Source: Clostridia bacterium
GTDB lineage: Bacteria; Bacillota; Clostridia; Christensenellales; CAG-138
Length of the DNA: 64,000 nt
Assembly (NCBI GenBank): GCA_017614315.1
Contig: JAGACA010000013.1
Location: forward strand, 5,597 to 69,596
Reading direction: 5' to 3'
A model generated the notes under the pieces. The model was not told the DNA's origin, searched no databases, and was given only the letters and a program-made list of their open reading frames with translations. Below are positions 1 to 9,142 of the stretch, in pieces. Both the position numbers and the translations under genes were made by a program. The first letter of the stretch is position 1, and each line of letters begins with the position of its first letter.

Positions 1-1
1 C

Positions 2-520
2 TTTGCCGAGAAGGGCTCGCTGTTGCCCGAGCTCACCGGCTCCATGAAGGTCGCTTCGAGCATCATCAGCCTGAGCCATCTGTGGAACCGCGTCCGCGTT
101 CAGGGCGGCGCATACGGCGCCGGCATGCGCGTAAGCGACAGCGGGATGCTCTGCCACTACACCTACCGCGATCCGTCCCCCGCGAGGAGCCTTGACGTAT
201 TCGGCGAGGAGGCCGGATTCATCGGCGAATTCTGCGAAGGCGGCGAGGATATAACGAAGTTCATAATCTCCACCGTCGGAAACACCGAGCCCCTGCGCTC
301 CCCCGCGGAGCTCGGCGAGGAAGCCGATATGGATTACCTGAACGGCATGACCGACGAGAAGCGCAGGAAGCTTCGCAAGGAGATGCTCGAGACCGACGGC
401 GAAAAGCTTAAGGCCTTCGCGAAGGAGCTCAAGAACTGCGCGGACAACGGCGCGGTCTGCGTCGTCGGCTGTGACTCCGCGCTCAAGGAGATCGAGGGCA
501 TCACGGTGTTCGATCTGTAA
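2..520 (+). CDS. insulinase/M16 family (presequence-protease-like) metallopeptidase, 3' part only
   Basis: LWNRVRVQGGAYG and YRDP motifs typical of the M16C C-terminal half; the frame is open to the window edge. Confidence 0.85.
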   Translation, partial: FAEKGSLLPELTGSMKVASSIISLSHLWNRVRVQGGAYGAGMRVSDSGMLCHYTYRDPSPARSLDVFGEEAGFIGEFCEGGEDITKFIISTVGNTEPLRSPAELGEEADMDYLNGMTDEKRRKLRKEMLETDGEKLKAFAKELKNCADNGAVCVVGCDSALKEIEGITVFDL

Positions 521-573
521 TAAACGGCTTTACGGGGAAACGGCACGGCTGTTTCCCCGATCATTGAGGTGTT

Positions 574-1569
574 ATGAAAAACGATTTCGGAATAAGGAAC
601 GACCATCCCGTTCTGAACGAGGCGCGCGCGAAAAAGCCCGGCCTTCGCGTCGGGCTCGAAATACTCGTCTTCTTCGCGCTCTTTATCGCAGCGTCTCAGA
701 TCGAGAGCATACCCGCCGCGATATCGACGGGAGTATGGATCGCGAACGACAGAGCGTTCATCGACGGGATACTGCCCCTTGCCTCGAGCGGCGATTTTGC
801 GGGCGTTATCGCGTTCGTGAACGCCTTCGTCAAGAACATGCCCGTATGGCTCGCGCTCGTGTCGCTCTTCGCGACGGTTCTCGCGACGATAGTCGGCATT
901 GTCTTCTGCCGCGTCATACAGAAGCGCGGCCTTTCGTCGATGGGCTTCGTCCGCCGTCATGCCGTAAGGGAATACCTCCTCGGCGCGCTCGTCGGAGCGG
1001 TCATGATCTCGGCGACGGCGCTCCTCGGGGCGGCGTTCGGAGCATTCCGCTATACGCCCGCAAAGCCCAAATGGTGGCTGATCGCGCTGTTCCTTCTGGG
1101 GTATTTCTTCCAGGGCATGAGCGAGGAGGTTCTCTGCCGCAGCTGCTTCATGGTGTCGCTCGCGAGGCGCAATAACGTCTGGCTCGCGATCGCGGTAAGC
1201 TCCGGCATGTTCGCGCTCCTGCACGCGTTCAATCCCGGCTTCGGCGTGATCTCGTTCGTCAACATACTGCTGTGCGGCGCGTTCTTCGCGGTGTATTTCT
1301 TAAAGCGCGGGAGCATTTGGGGCGCGTGTGCGATCCACACCTTCTGGAACTTCTTCCAGGGCAATTTCTTCGGCATAAGCGTAAGCGGTACAGGCGGCTC
1401 GGACGCGGTATCCGTGTTCAGTTCCGAGACCCTGCAGACGATGAAACTCACGACCGGCGGCGATTTCGGCATCGAGGGCAGTATCTGGTGCACCGTCGTT
1501 ATGGCTGCGGCGCTCGCGATCACAGTATTCCTCGTGAAGCCGAAAAAAGGCCTTTACGACGCGGAATAA
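574..1569 (+). CDS. CPBP (CAAX/Abi) family intramembrane glutamic endopeptidase
   Basis: Multiple TM segments with the EExxxR (SEEVLCR), FxxxH (FALLH) and HxxxN (HTFWN) motifs; RBS GAGGT. Confidence 0.9.
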   Translation: MKNDFGIRNDHPVLNEARAKKPGLRVGLEILVFFALFIAASQIESIPAAISTGVWIANDRAFIDGILPLASSGDFAGVIAFVNAFVKNMPVWLALVSLFATVLATIVGIVFCRVIQKRGLSSMGFVRRHAVREYLLGALVGAVMISATALLGAAFGAFRYTPAKPKWWLIALFLLGYFFQGMSEEVLCRSCFMVSLARRNNVWLAIAVSSGMFALLHAFNPGFGVISFVNILLCGAFFAVYFLKRGSIWGACAIHTFWNFFQGNFFGISVSGTGGSDAVSVFSSETLQTMKLTTGGDFGIEGSIWCTVVMAAALAITVFLVKPKKGLYDAE

Positions 1570-1576
1570 GCGATAT

Positions 1577-1608
1577 TAAAACACGGTCCCGTTCGGGACC
1601 GTGTTTTA
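1577..1608. terminator. bidirectional intrinsic terminator
   Basis: AAAACACGGTCCC-GTTC-GGGACCGTGTTTT hairpin between convergent genes. Confidence 0.85.
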
Positions 1609-1618
1609 GTATGCGTTT

Positions 1619-2530
1619 TTACAGGGCGCATGCGATCTTCGCCGCGAGCTCGACGTTGTTCAGTACGAGCGCGATGTTCGTTTCGAGGCTCTCGCCGCCG
1701 GTCACGTCCTTGATCTCGGCGAGCAGGAACGGGGTGATCTTCTTGCCCTTTACGCCGAGCGCGTTCGCCTTTTTGACCGCCGCGTCGATGACCGCGTCGA
1801 TCCTGTCCTTATCCATGGAATATTTCTCGGGCACGGGATTCACGATGAGCGTTCCGCCCTCTATGCCGAGGCGCGCCTTTTCGTTTATCGCTCGGGCGAT
1901 CTCCTCGGGCGTATCCATGCGGTAATCGACGCCGAAGCCGGAGCTCCTCGTATAGAACGCGGGCATCTCGTCAGTGCCGTAGCCGATGACCGGAACGCCC
2001 TTCGTTTCGAGGTATTCGAGCGTGAGACCTATGTCGAGTATGCTCTTCGCGCCGGCGCAGACGACCGCGACGGACGTGCGTCCGAGCTCGTCGAGGTCGG
2101 CGGAGATGTCCATGGTCTCGGCTGCGCCCCTGTGGACGCCGCCTATGCCGCCGGTCGCGAAAACGCGGATACCGGCGAGCTTCGCCGCGATCATCGTCCC
2201 CGCGACGGTCAGCGCGCCGTCGCCGCCCCTCGCCGCGATGACGCCCATGTCCCTGCGGCTCGCCTTCGTGACCGCGAGGCCGGATCTGCCGAGGTGCTCG
2301 AGCTGTTCGCCGGTCAGCCCCGCGCAGAGCCTGCCGCCGATAATGGCGCAGGTGGCGGGCACGGCGCCGAAGCTGCGCGCGGTCTCCTCGCAGCGCCTTG
2401 CCGTTTCGACGTTCTGGGGATAGGGCATCCCGTGCGAAATGATTGTGGACTCCAGCGCGATAACGGGGCGGTCATTCAGTATCGCCTCCGCGACCTCGGG
2501 AGAATAACGGATGTTTTCGTTAAGCTTCAT
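1619..2530 (-). CDS. psuG: pseudouridine-5'-phosphate glycosidase
   Basis: ALESTIISHGMPYPQN, ATGGIGGVHRG, DISADL, GAKSILD and TPFLL motifs. Confidence 0.95.
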   Translation of the reverse strand: MKLNENIRYSPEVAEAILNDRPVIALESTIISHGMPYPQNVETARRCEETARSFGAVPATCAIIGGRLCAGLTGEQLEHLGRSGLAVTKASRRDMGVIAARGGDGALTVAGTMIAAKLAGIRVFATGGIGGVHRGAAETMDISADLDELGRTSVAVVCAGAKSILDIGLTLEYLETKGVPVIGYGTDEMPAFYTRSSGFGVDYRMDTPEEIARAINEKARLGIEGGTLIVNPVPEKYSMDKDRIDAVIDAAVKKANALGVKGKKITPFLLAEIKDVTGGESLETNIALVLNNVELAAKIACAL

Positions 2531-2577
2531 AATATCGTCATAAAAAGAGCGGCGTCAGCCGCTCTTAACCTTTCCGC

Positions 2578-2793
2578 TTACGCGTTCTTGGACGCGAGCC
2601 AATCGTTGATGGTCCCGACGAGCTGATCGCAGTCTATACCGTGAACGGCGCAGGCCTGCTCGAGGTTTTCGCCGCTCGCCATAACGCAGCCGAGGCAGTG
2701 CATGCCGCTTGCCAGAAGTATGTTCGCGATGCCGCGGTCGACCGTGATGATCTCCTCGATGGTCATATTCTTGTTGATCTCCATGTTTTTCAT
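2578..2793 (-). CDS. DUF1858 / hybrid-cluster-associated redox disulfide small protein
   Basis: GMHCLGC...E.LEQAC.VHGID signature; RBS AAGGAG. Confidence 0.85.
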   Translation of the reverse strand: MKNMEINKNMTIEEIITVDRGIANILLASGMHCLGCVMASGENLEQACAVHGIDCDQLVGTINDWLASKNA

Positions 2794-2882
2794 CTCCTTT
2801 TCTTTTTTGACGAGAGTATTATACCCGCTTTGCTCAAGGAATGCAAGCTATTTCGATATGAATGCTTTTTTTGTCCGCGCTA

Positions 2883-2910
2883 TTGACTTTTTTCCGTTTT
2901 GTGTCATAAT
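2883..2910 (+). promoter_or_regulatory. sigma70-type promoter for the EIIC-EAL gene
   Basis: TTGACT-16 nt-CATAAT with an upstream TG. Confidence 0.55.
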
Positions 2911-2946
2911 TGAAACGGAATAATATACCGCTGAGGAGCAGACAAG

Positions 2947-5037
2947 ATGAGGGTGCCCAGAAAGTCCGGCGTTTTCTCAAGGCTTGAGCAGACGACCGTC
3001 GTCCGCGCGGTTCGCGGCGGCCTTACGAATATAATACCCGTTCTTACGGTCGGAGCGTTCGCGCTGATACTGAAGTCCTTCCCCGTCGACGCCTACCAGA
3101 AGGCGATCGCGGGATTCGCGGGGGGCTTTCTCCCCGAGCTGTTCAACATTGTTTTTCAGGCGACGTTCGGCGCGCTTTCGGTCTACATGACGTTCTCGAT
3201 AAGCTGGGCGTTCATCAAGCTCAAGGCCGACGACGACACGGTCAAGGGCGGCGCGCTCGTCGCGTCCCTCATATCCTTCTTCATACTCGCCGGCGCGAAC
3301 CTTTCCTCGTTCGGCACCGACAGCATGGGGCCGAAGTCGATGTTCCTCGCGATAATCACCGCGCTCGGCGCATCTTATCTGTACCTCGTTTTCTCCCACC
3401 TGCTCGCCAAGCGTTCGAGGAGGCTTTACACGACCGGCGGCGACCGTGATTTCAATCACATGCTCCGCACGCTGATCCCCATCGCGGCGGTCTCGCTCAT
3501 CTTCGCGCTGTTCAACGCGCTGGTCATCCGCCTGTTCTCCGTCGATTCGTTCCGCTCCCTTGTCGCCGAGGTGTTCGATCAGCTCTTCTCGTTCGGTCAC
3601 GCCGGATTCATAAAGGGCTTCCTGTTCGTGTTCATATCCTCGATACTGTGGTTCTTCGGCATACACGGCAGCGACATACTCGAGGGCGTGATGCAGACAT
3701 ATTTCGTCCCCGGGCTCCAGGCCAACCAGGCAGCGGTGCTCGTGGGGGGCGCGCCGGTGAACGTGCTTACGAAGGAATTCTTCGACTGCTTCGTTCTGAT
3801 GGGCGGCTGCGGCGCGACCATATGCCTTCTTATCGCCATACTGCTGTTCTCCCGCAGCCGTTCGCGGCGAAGGCTTGGACTTACTGCGGCGTTCCCGATG
3901 ATTTTCAACATAAACGAGCTGATGGTGTTCGGGATTCCCATTATCCTCAATCCGATAATGCTGATCCCCTTCCTGCTCGTTCCGCTCGTATGCTACTCGA
4001 CGGCGTATTTCGCGATCTACATGGGCTGGGTGCCCATGATAACGAGCTCCGTCGAATGGACGACGCCGATACTGCTCGGCGGCTTCCGCTCCACCGGCTC
4101 GATCGCGGGCTCGATACTCCAGCTTGTGAACGTGGCGCTGGGCGTTTTGATCTATCTTCCCTTCGTCCGAATGCTCGACCGCCAGTCCGAGGAGGACGTC
4201 CGCCGCGGATTCGAATCGTTCATGGAGTTCTACCGCAGGAACGAGCCGGAGCTCCTTGGCCTCAGTCTTATCGACCGCGGCGACGTTTACGGCGATTTCG
4301 CGAAGAATCTTTGTGAGGAGCTCAAAAACGATCTTCCAGAAAAAGTCGTGCTCTATTATCAGCCGCAGTATCATTACAACGGCTCGCTGATCGGCGTCGA
4401 GGCGCTCCTGCGCTACAAGCACCCCATCCACGGGATGCTTTATCCGCCGCTTATATTCAAGCTTGCCGAGGACGGCGGCTTCCTGCCCGAGCTTGAGGAG
4501 GCGGTGCTCGCGGCCGCGCTCCGCGACCGGGATAAGGTCCTTGCGCGGTTCGGCGCGGACGTCAAGCTTTCCGTCAATGTAACTGGCACCACCATCGTGA
4601 GCCCGAGGTTCATCGAGTACTGCCGCGAGCTGAACGAAAAGGCTCCCTTTGACGGCAAGAACATCTGCCTTGAGGTTACCGAGCAGGCGGCGCTCCTCTT
4701 CAACGGCGACACGATGCGCATACTGCGCGAGCTCCGCGACATGGGCATGCTGCTCGCGATCGACGACTTCTCCATGGGTCAGACCTCGCTCCATTATCTT
4801 GCGGATAACCTGTTCGACCTCGTCAAGCTCGACGGGTCGCTGGTGCGCGGACTGTTCACGCACACGAACACGCGTGAGATAATCGCCTCGGTCGTGCGCC
4901 TTGCGGATTCGCTGGAAATAAAGGTGCTTGCCGAGTTCGTCGAGACCGAAGAGCAGCGGCAGGCTCTGCACGAGATCGGCTGCGACCGCTACCAGGGTTA
5001 CCTCTACTCCGCCGCAGTGCCGCTTGACAGGAATTGA
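2947..5037 (+). CDS. PTS EIIC (cellobiose/lactose type)-EAL domain fusion protein
   Basis: N-terminal EIIC motifs (WFFGIHG, MGGCG, FNINE, WTTP); C-terminal EAL motifs (YQPQ, VEALLR, EVTE, DDFSMG, KLDGS, AEFVET, QGYLYS). Confidence 0.9.
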   Translation: MRVPRKSGVFSRLEQTTVVRAVRGGLTNIIPVLTVGAFALILKSFPVDAYQKAIAGFAGGFLPELFNIVFQATFGALSVYMTFSISWAFIKLKADDDTVKGGALVASLISFFILAGANLSSFGTDSMGPKSMFLAIITALGASYLYLVFSHLLAKRSRRLYTTGGDRDFNHMLRTLIPIAAVSLIFALFNALVIRLFSVDSFRSLVAEVFDQLFSFGHAGFIKGFLFVFISSILWFFGIHGSDILEGVMQTYFVPGLQANQAAVLVGGAPVNVLTKEFFDCFVLMGGCGATICLLIAILLFSRSRSRRRLGLTAAFPMIFNINELMVFGIPIILNPIMLIPFLLVPLVCYSTAYFAIYMGWVPMITSSVEWTTPILLGGFRSTGSIAGSILQLVNVALGVLIYLPFVRMLDRQSEEDVRRGFESFMEFYRRNEPELLGLSLIDRGDVYGDFAKNLCEELKNDLPEKVVLYYQPQYHYNGSLIGVEALLRYKHPIHGMLYPPLIFKLAEDGGFLPELEEAVLAAALRDRDKVLARFGADVKLSVNVTGTTIVSPRFIEYCRELNEKAPFDGKNICLEVTEQAALLFNGDTMRILRELRDMGMLLAIDDFSMGQTSLHYLADNLFDLVKLDGSLVRGLFTHTNTREIIASVVRLADSLEIKVLAEFVETEEQRQALHEIGCDRYQGYLYSAAVPLDRN

Positions 5038-5047
5038 TCGGTAAAGC

Positions 5048-5080
5048 AAAGGGCCGTGAGATGATCTCACGGCCCTTTTT
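5048..5080. terminator. bidirectional intrinsic terminator
   Basis: AAAGGGCCGTGAGA-TGA-TCTCACGGCCCTTTTT hairpin. Confidence 0.85.
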
Positions 5081-5091
5081 CTGTATCGGGA

Positions 5092-7464
5092 TTATAACTG
5101 TTCGATCTTTTCGATGTGCCAGATCTCGCTCGCATACTGCGAGATGGTGCGGTCGGATGAGAACTTGCCCGCGGAAACGACGTTGTTCAGGCACTTTTTC
5201 GCGAACTCGTCGGCGTCCTTCGTGTCGTAGATCGCGCGGAGCTTCGTATCGATATAGCCGTGCAGGTCGTAGAGGTTGAAGTAATAGTCGGGCTTGCGCC
5301 AGTCGCCGATTAGGAGCGAGTTGTATATCTCGCGCAGTATCCTCGCAGACTCGTCGTTCTTCGCGACGGTGCCGTTTACAAGGGAATCGACGGCGCGCCT
5401 TACGACCTCGTCGGAATTGTAGACGTCCATCGGGCTGTAATTCGGGCGTATGCGCTCGAGCTCGTCGACCCTCGCGCCGAAGATGTAGTTGTTCTCCTCG
5501 CCCGCCTCGCGCACGATCTCGATATTGGCTCCGTCATAGGTGCCGAGCGTGACCGCGCCGTTCAGCATGAGCTTCATATTGCCCGTGCCGGACGCCTCCG
5601 TGCCGGCGGGGGATATCTGTTCGGAGATGTCGGCGGCGGGGATTATCACCTCGGCGTAGGAGCAGTTGTAGTTCTTTACGAACACGACGCGCATCCTGTC
5701 TTTGACGTCGGGATCGTTGTTGATGACCTTCGCGACGTCGTTGATGTACTTGATGATGTTCTTCGCCATGATATAGCCCGGCGCGGCCTTCGCGCCGAAT
5801 ATGAACGCCGTCGGGGGCATATCGGGGAGCGAGCCCTCCTTGACGCGGTAATAGATGTACATTATGGACAGCGCGTTCATGAGCTGGCGCTTATACTCGT
5901 GCATCCTCTTGACCTGCACGTCGAACACGAAGTTAGCCGGGATATGCACGCCCTCGCGCTCCGCGATCTCCCTTGAGAGGCGCACCTTCATGTGATGCTT
6001 GACCTCGCGGAACTTTGCGATCGTCTCGGCGTTGATGTACTGGCGGAACTTCGATATCTGGGAAAGATCCTTTATGAAGCCCGAGCCGATCTTCGAGGAG
6101 ATGAGGTTGGTGAGCTCGGGATTGCAGAGCCCCAGCCAGCGCCTCGGCGTGATGCCGTTGGTCATATTGAGGAAGCGCTCGGGATACACGGCGTACCAGT
6201 CGGCGAGGACGCTCGTCTTCAGAAGATCGGAGTGTATCTCCGCGACGCCGTTTACATAGGTGGAAACGTAGGTCGCGAGCTTCGCCATGTGCACGAGGCC
6301 GTCCTTTACTATGAGCATGCGGTCGATGCGGTCCTCGGGGACGTTCTTCGCGCGGAGCTCTGTTACGAGCCTGTCGTTTATCATGTAGATTATATCGAGC
6401 ATGCCGGGAACGACGGCGCGGATGAGATCGACATGCCATTTCTCGAGCGCCTCGGCCATGAGCGTATGGTTGGTGTAGCTGAAGGTCTGTGCGGCGGTAT
6501 CGAAGGCCGCGTCGAAATCCATGCCCTCGAGCATGAGGAGCCTTATGAGCTCGGGTATCGAGATGGTGGGGTGCGTGTCGTTGAGCTGTATCGCGCAGTG
6601 GGCGGCAAAGCCCGTGAAGTCCTTGCTCCTTATGCGCTTATAGCGGCGCACGATATCCTGCATGGACGCGGAGGAGAGGAAGTACTGCTGCTTCAGCCTT
6701 AATTTTTTGCCCGCCTCGGTGGAGTCGTTGGGATAGAGCACGCGGGTGATATCCTCGACCTGATTCTTCTCCCTTACGGCGAGGGCGTATTCCTGCGCGT
6801 TGAAGAGGCCGAAGTCCAGCTCCTCGATGGGCTCGGACTGCCAGAGCCTCAATGTGCCGACGTTGTCGGTCTTATAGCCGATGATCGGCATGTCGTAGGG
6901 AACGGCCATGACCTTCTGCCCCTCGAACTCGACTATGACCGCCTTGTCGTCGCGGCGGCGGCTCCACGGGTCGCCCTGCTTCTGCCAGTTGTCGGCGAGC
7001 TCGGCCTGGAAGCCGTTGTTGAAGCCCTGCTTGAAGAGCCCGAATTTATAGCGCAGGCCGTAGCCGTCAAGCGGCAGGTCGTGCGTGGCGGCGCTGTCGA
7101 GGAAGCAGGCGGCGAGCCTTCCGAGGCCGCCGTTGCCGAGAGCGCAGTCCTCGATATCCTCCATCACGGCGATATCCACACCCCTGTATTTGAGTATGTT
7201 TTTGATGTCGTCGAGTATCCCGAGGGCGTAAAGGTTATTGTAGACCATGCGTCCGGTCAGATATTCGGCGGAAAGGTAATACGCTTTTCTCGTCGCCTCG
7301 TGAGCGCGGCGGCTCCTGCGCCAGTCGTCGCTAATGGCGTACATCACCGCGTTCGAGAGTGCGCGGTGCAGCTGCGCCACGGTCGCCTCGTTGAGCTCCA
7401 CGAGATATTCGCTCCTCAGCTCTTCCTCGGCTCTCCTGACAATGCCCTTAGCATCCATCAACAT
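5092..7464 (-). CDS. glgP: glycogen/maltodextrin phosphorylase
   Basis: LGNGGLGRLAACFLDS, QLNDTHP, KRMHEYKRQ and the PLP-site EASGTGNMKLMLNG. Confidence 0.97.
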   Translation of the reverse strand: MLMDAKGIVRRAEEELRSEYLVELNEATVAQLHRALSNAVMYAISDDWRRSRRAHEATRKAYYLSAEYLTGRMVYNNLYALGILDDIKNILKYRGVDIAVMEDIEDCALGNGGLGRLAACFLDSAATHDLPLDGYGLRYKFGLFKQGFNNGFQAELADNWQKQGDPWSRRRDDKAVIVEFEGQKVMAVPYDMPIIGYKTDNVGTLRLWQSEPIEELDFGLFNAQEYALAVREKNQVEDITRVLYPNDSTEAGKKLRLKQQYFLSSASMQDIVRRYKRIRSKDFTGFAAHCAIQLNDTHPTISIPELIRLLMLEGMDFDAAFDTAAQTFSYTNHTLMAEALEKWHVDLIRAVVPGMLDIIYMINDRLVTELRAKNVPEDRIDRMLIVKDGLVHMAKLATYVSTYVNGVAEIHSDLLKTSVLADWYAVYPERFLNMTNGITPRRWLGLCNPELTNLISSKIGSGFIKDLSQISKFRQYINAETIAKFREVKHHMKVRLSREIAEREGVHIPANFVFDVQVKRMHEYKRQLMNALSIMYIYYRVKEGSLPDMPPTAFIFGAKAAPGYIMAKNIIKYINDVAKVINNDPDVKDRMRVVFVKNYNCSYAEVIIPAADISEQISPAGTEASGTGNMKLMLNGAVTLGTYDGANIEIVREAGEENNYIFGARVDELERIRPNYSPMDVYNSDEVVRRAVDSLVNGTVAKNDESARILREIYNSLLIGDWRKPDYYFNLYDLHGYIDTKLRAIYDTKDADEFAKKCLNNVVSAGKFSSDRTISQYASEIWHIEKIEQL

Positions 7465-7525
7465 ATTTCGATAACCTTCCTTTTCAGTCGGATTCTGTTC
7501 GTTTTATACGGTATAAGCCCGGTTT

Positions 7526-9028
7526 TCAGTTTAGAAGCTCCCCGAGCTTTTTCTTGAACACTTCGTACTCCGCGGGAGTGATGCGGCGGGTCCAGTTGCC
7601 CGACGCGGTCGCGGGTGTGTTCATCCTCGCCTCACTGCCGAGGAGCAGTACGTCCCAGAACGGCACGAGCGCGTAGCGGGCGTTCGAGCCCATCGTTGCC
7701 TTTACTATGCCGCGGGGCATGTCTGAGGCGTACTCACCCGCGTATTTTTCCGCAAGCTCCTTCGTACGCTCGTCTGCGCCCTCCCACCACTCGGCAAGGG
7801 GCGGATTGTCGTGCGTGCCGGTATAGGCGATCTTGTTTTTGAGGGTGCGGATATCGCCGTCCCACCTCTTATTCTTATGGGGATTGGCGGGATCGTCATC
7901 AAAGGCGAACTCCATCACCTGCATGCCGGCAAAGCCGGTCCTGGTGAGCAGGCTTTTCACATCCCTCGTGATGAAGCCGAGATCCTCGGCCACTATCTCG
8001 ACGGGGAGCTCCTCGCGCGCGGCGGCGTTGAAGAGCCTCTGCCCCTCCGCCTTGATCCATTCGCCCTCGCGCGCGTTGGGCGCGCCGGCGGGTACTGCGT
8101 AGTAGGAGGCAAAGCCCCTGAAATGGTCTATCCTTAAAATATCGTAGAGCTCCGAGGTGCGGCGGAGCCTCCTGAGCCAGAAGCCGAAGCCGTCCTTTCG
8201 CATATACGGCCAGTCATAGACGGGATTGCCCCAAAGCTGGCCGTCCTCGCAGAAATAATCGGGCGGCACGCCGGCGACGAGCGTCGGCCTCCCGTCCCTG
8301 TCGAAGCGGAAATTGTCGCGGTACGCCCAGCAGTCGGCCGAGTCGTAAGCGCAGTATATGGGAAGGTCGCCCATTATGAGTACACCCTTTTCGAGCGCGC
8401 GCTGCTTGAGCGCCGACCATTGACATGCGAGCTTGAACTGTAAGAATTTGTGGAAGCCGACCTCGCAGGAGATCTTCGGCGCGATCTCTGCCATGGCGGC
8501 GGGCTCGCGGTTCCTGAGCCCCTCCGGCCACTCGTACCAGGGGATCCCGTTTTCGGCGTCCTTTATCGCCATGAAGCGGGCGTAGTCGTCGAGCCACGGC
8601 GCGGTCTTCTCGAAATCCTCGATCAGCTTTTCGTGATCGGGCAGCTTAACGAACCTCGCGTACGCCGTCATGAGGAGCGGCAGGCGGTTTTGGTAAAGCT
8701 TGCCGTAATCGACGCGCTCGGGATCGGCGCCGAAATCGGTCGCGCCGCATTCGTCCTTCGTAAGGAGGCCTTCCTGAATGAGTATGTCGAGATCGAGGAA
8801 ATACGGATTGAGCGCAAAGCTCGAAAAGCTCTGGTAGGGGGAATCGCCGTAGCCGGTGACGCCGGTCGGCAGTATAGCCCATATCGACGCGCCGCGGGAT
8901 GCGACGTCGTCGATGAAATCGAAAGCGGTCTTTCCGAACGTGCCGACGCCGTACTCGGACGGCAGTGAGAACACGGGCATGAGAACGCCTCTTCTCCTGG
9001 CATAGACGGGTTCGGTCTTTTCTTTCAT
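7526..9028 (-). CDS. malQ: 4-alpha-glucanotransferase (GH77)
   Basis: SPYQSFS, GVPPDYF, RIDHFRG, AEDLG and GTHDN motifs; ATG at 9028 with a GGGAGG RBS. Confidence 0.95.
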   Translation of the reverse strand: MKEKTEPVYARRRGVLMPVFSLPSEYGVGTFGKTAFDFIDDVASRGASIWAILPTGVTGYGDSPYQSFSSFALNPYFLDLDILIQEGLLTKDECGATDFGADPERVDYGKLYQNRLPLLMTAYARFVKLPDHEKLIEDFEKTAPWLDDYARFMAIKDAENGIPWYEWPEGLRNREPAAMAEIAPKISCEVGFHKFLQFKLACQWSALKQRALEKGVLIMGDLPIYCAYDSADCWAYRDNFRFDRDGRPTLVAGVPPDYFCEDGQLWGNPVYDWPYMRKDGFGFWLRRLRRTSELYDILRIDHFRGFASYYAVPAGAPNAREGEWIKAEGQRLFNAAAREELPVEIVAEDLGFITRDVKSLLTRTGFAGMQVMEFAFDDDPANPHKNKRWDGDIRTLKNKIAYTGTHDNPPLAEWWEGADERTKELAEKYAGEYASDMPRGIVKATMGSNARYALVPFWDVLLLGSEARMNTPATASGNWTRRITPAEYEVFKKKLGELLN

Positions 9029-9142
9029 TGTCCCTCCCGCGCCGTGAAGGCGCGCCGTCATTCGGGTATTGCCCCCGAAAAAATTAAATATATTATAGCA
9101 CGGGCGACCCCGTTTAACAATACCAAATTGTTTTTTTCGCGG

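Noticed and set aside
574-1569. CPBP/Abi protease as a phage-defence or bacteriocin-immunity gene
   Set aside because: There is no bacteriocin or defence context, and the family name alone is not evidence
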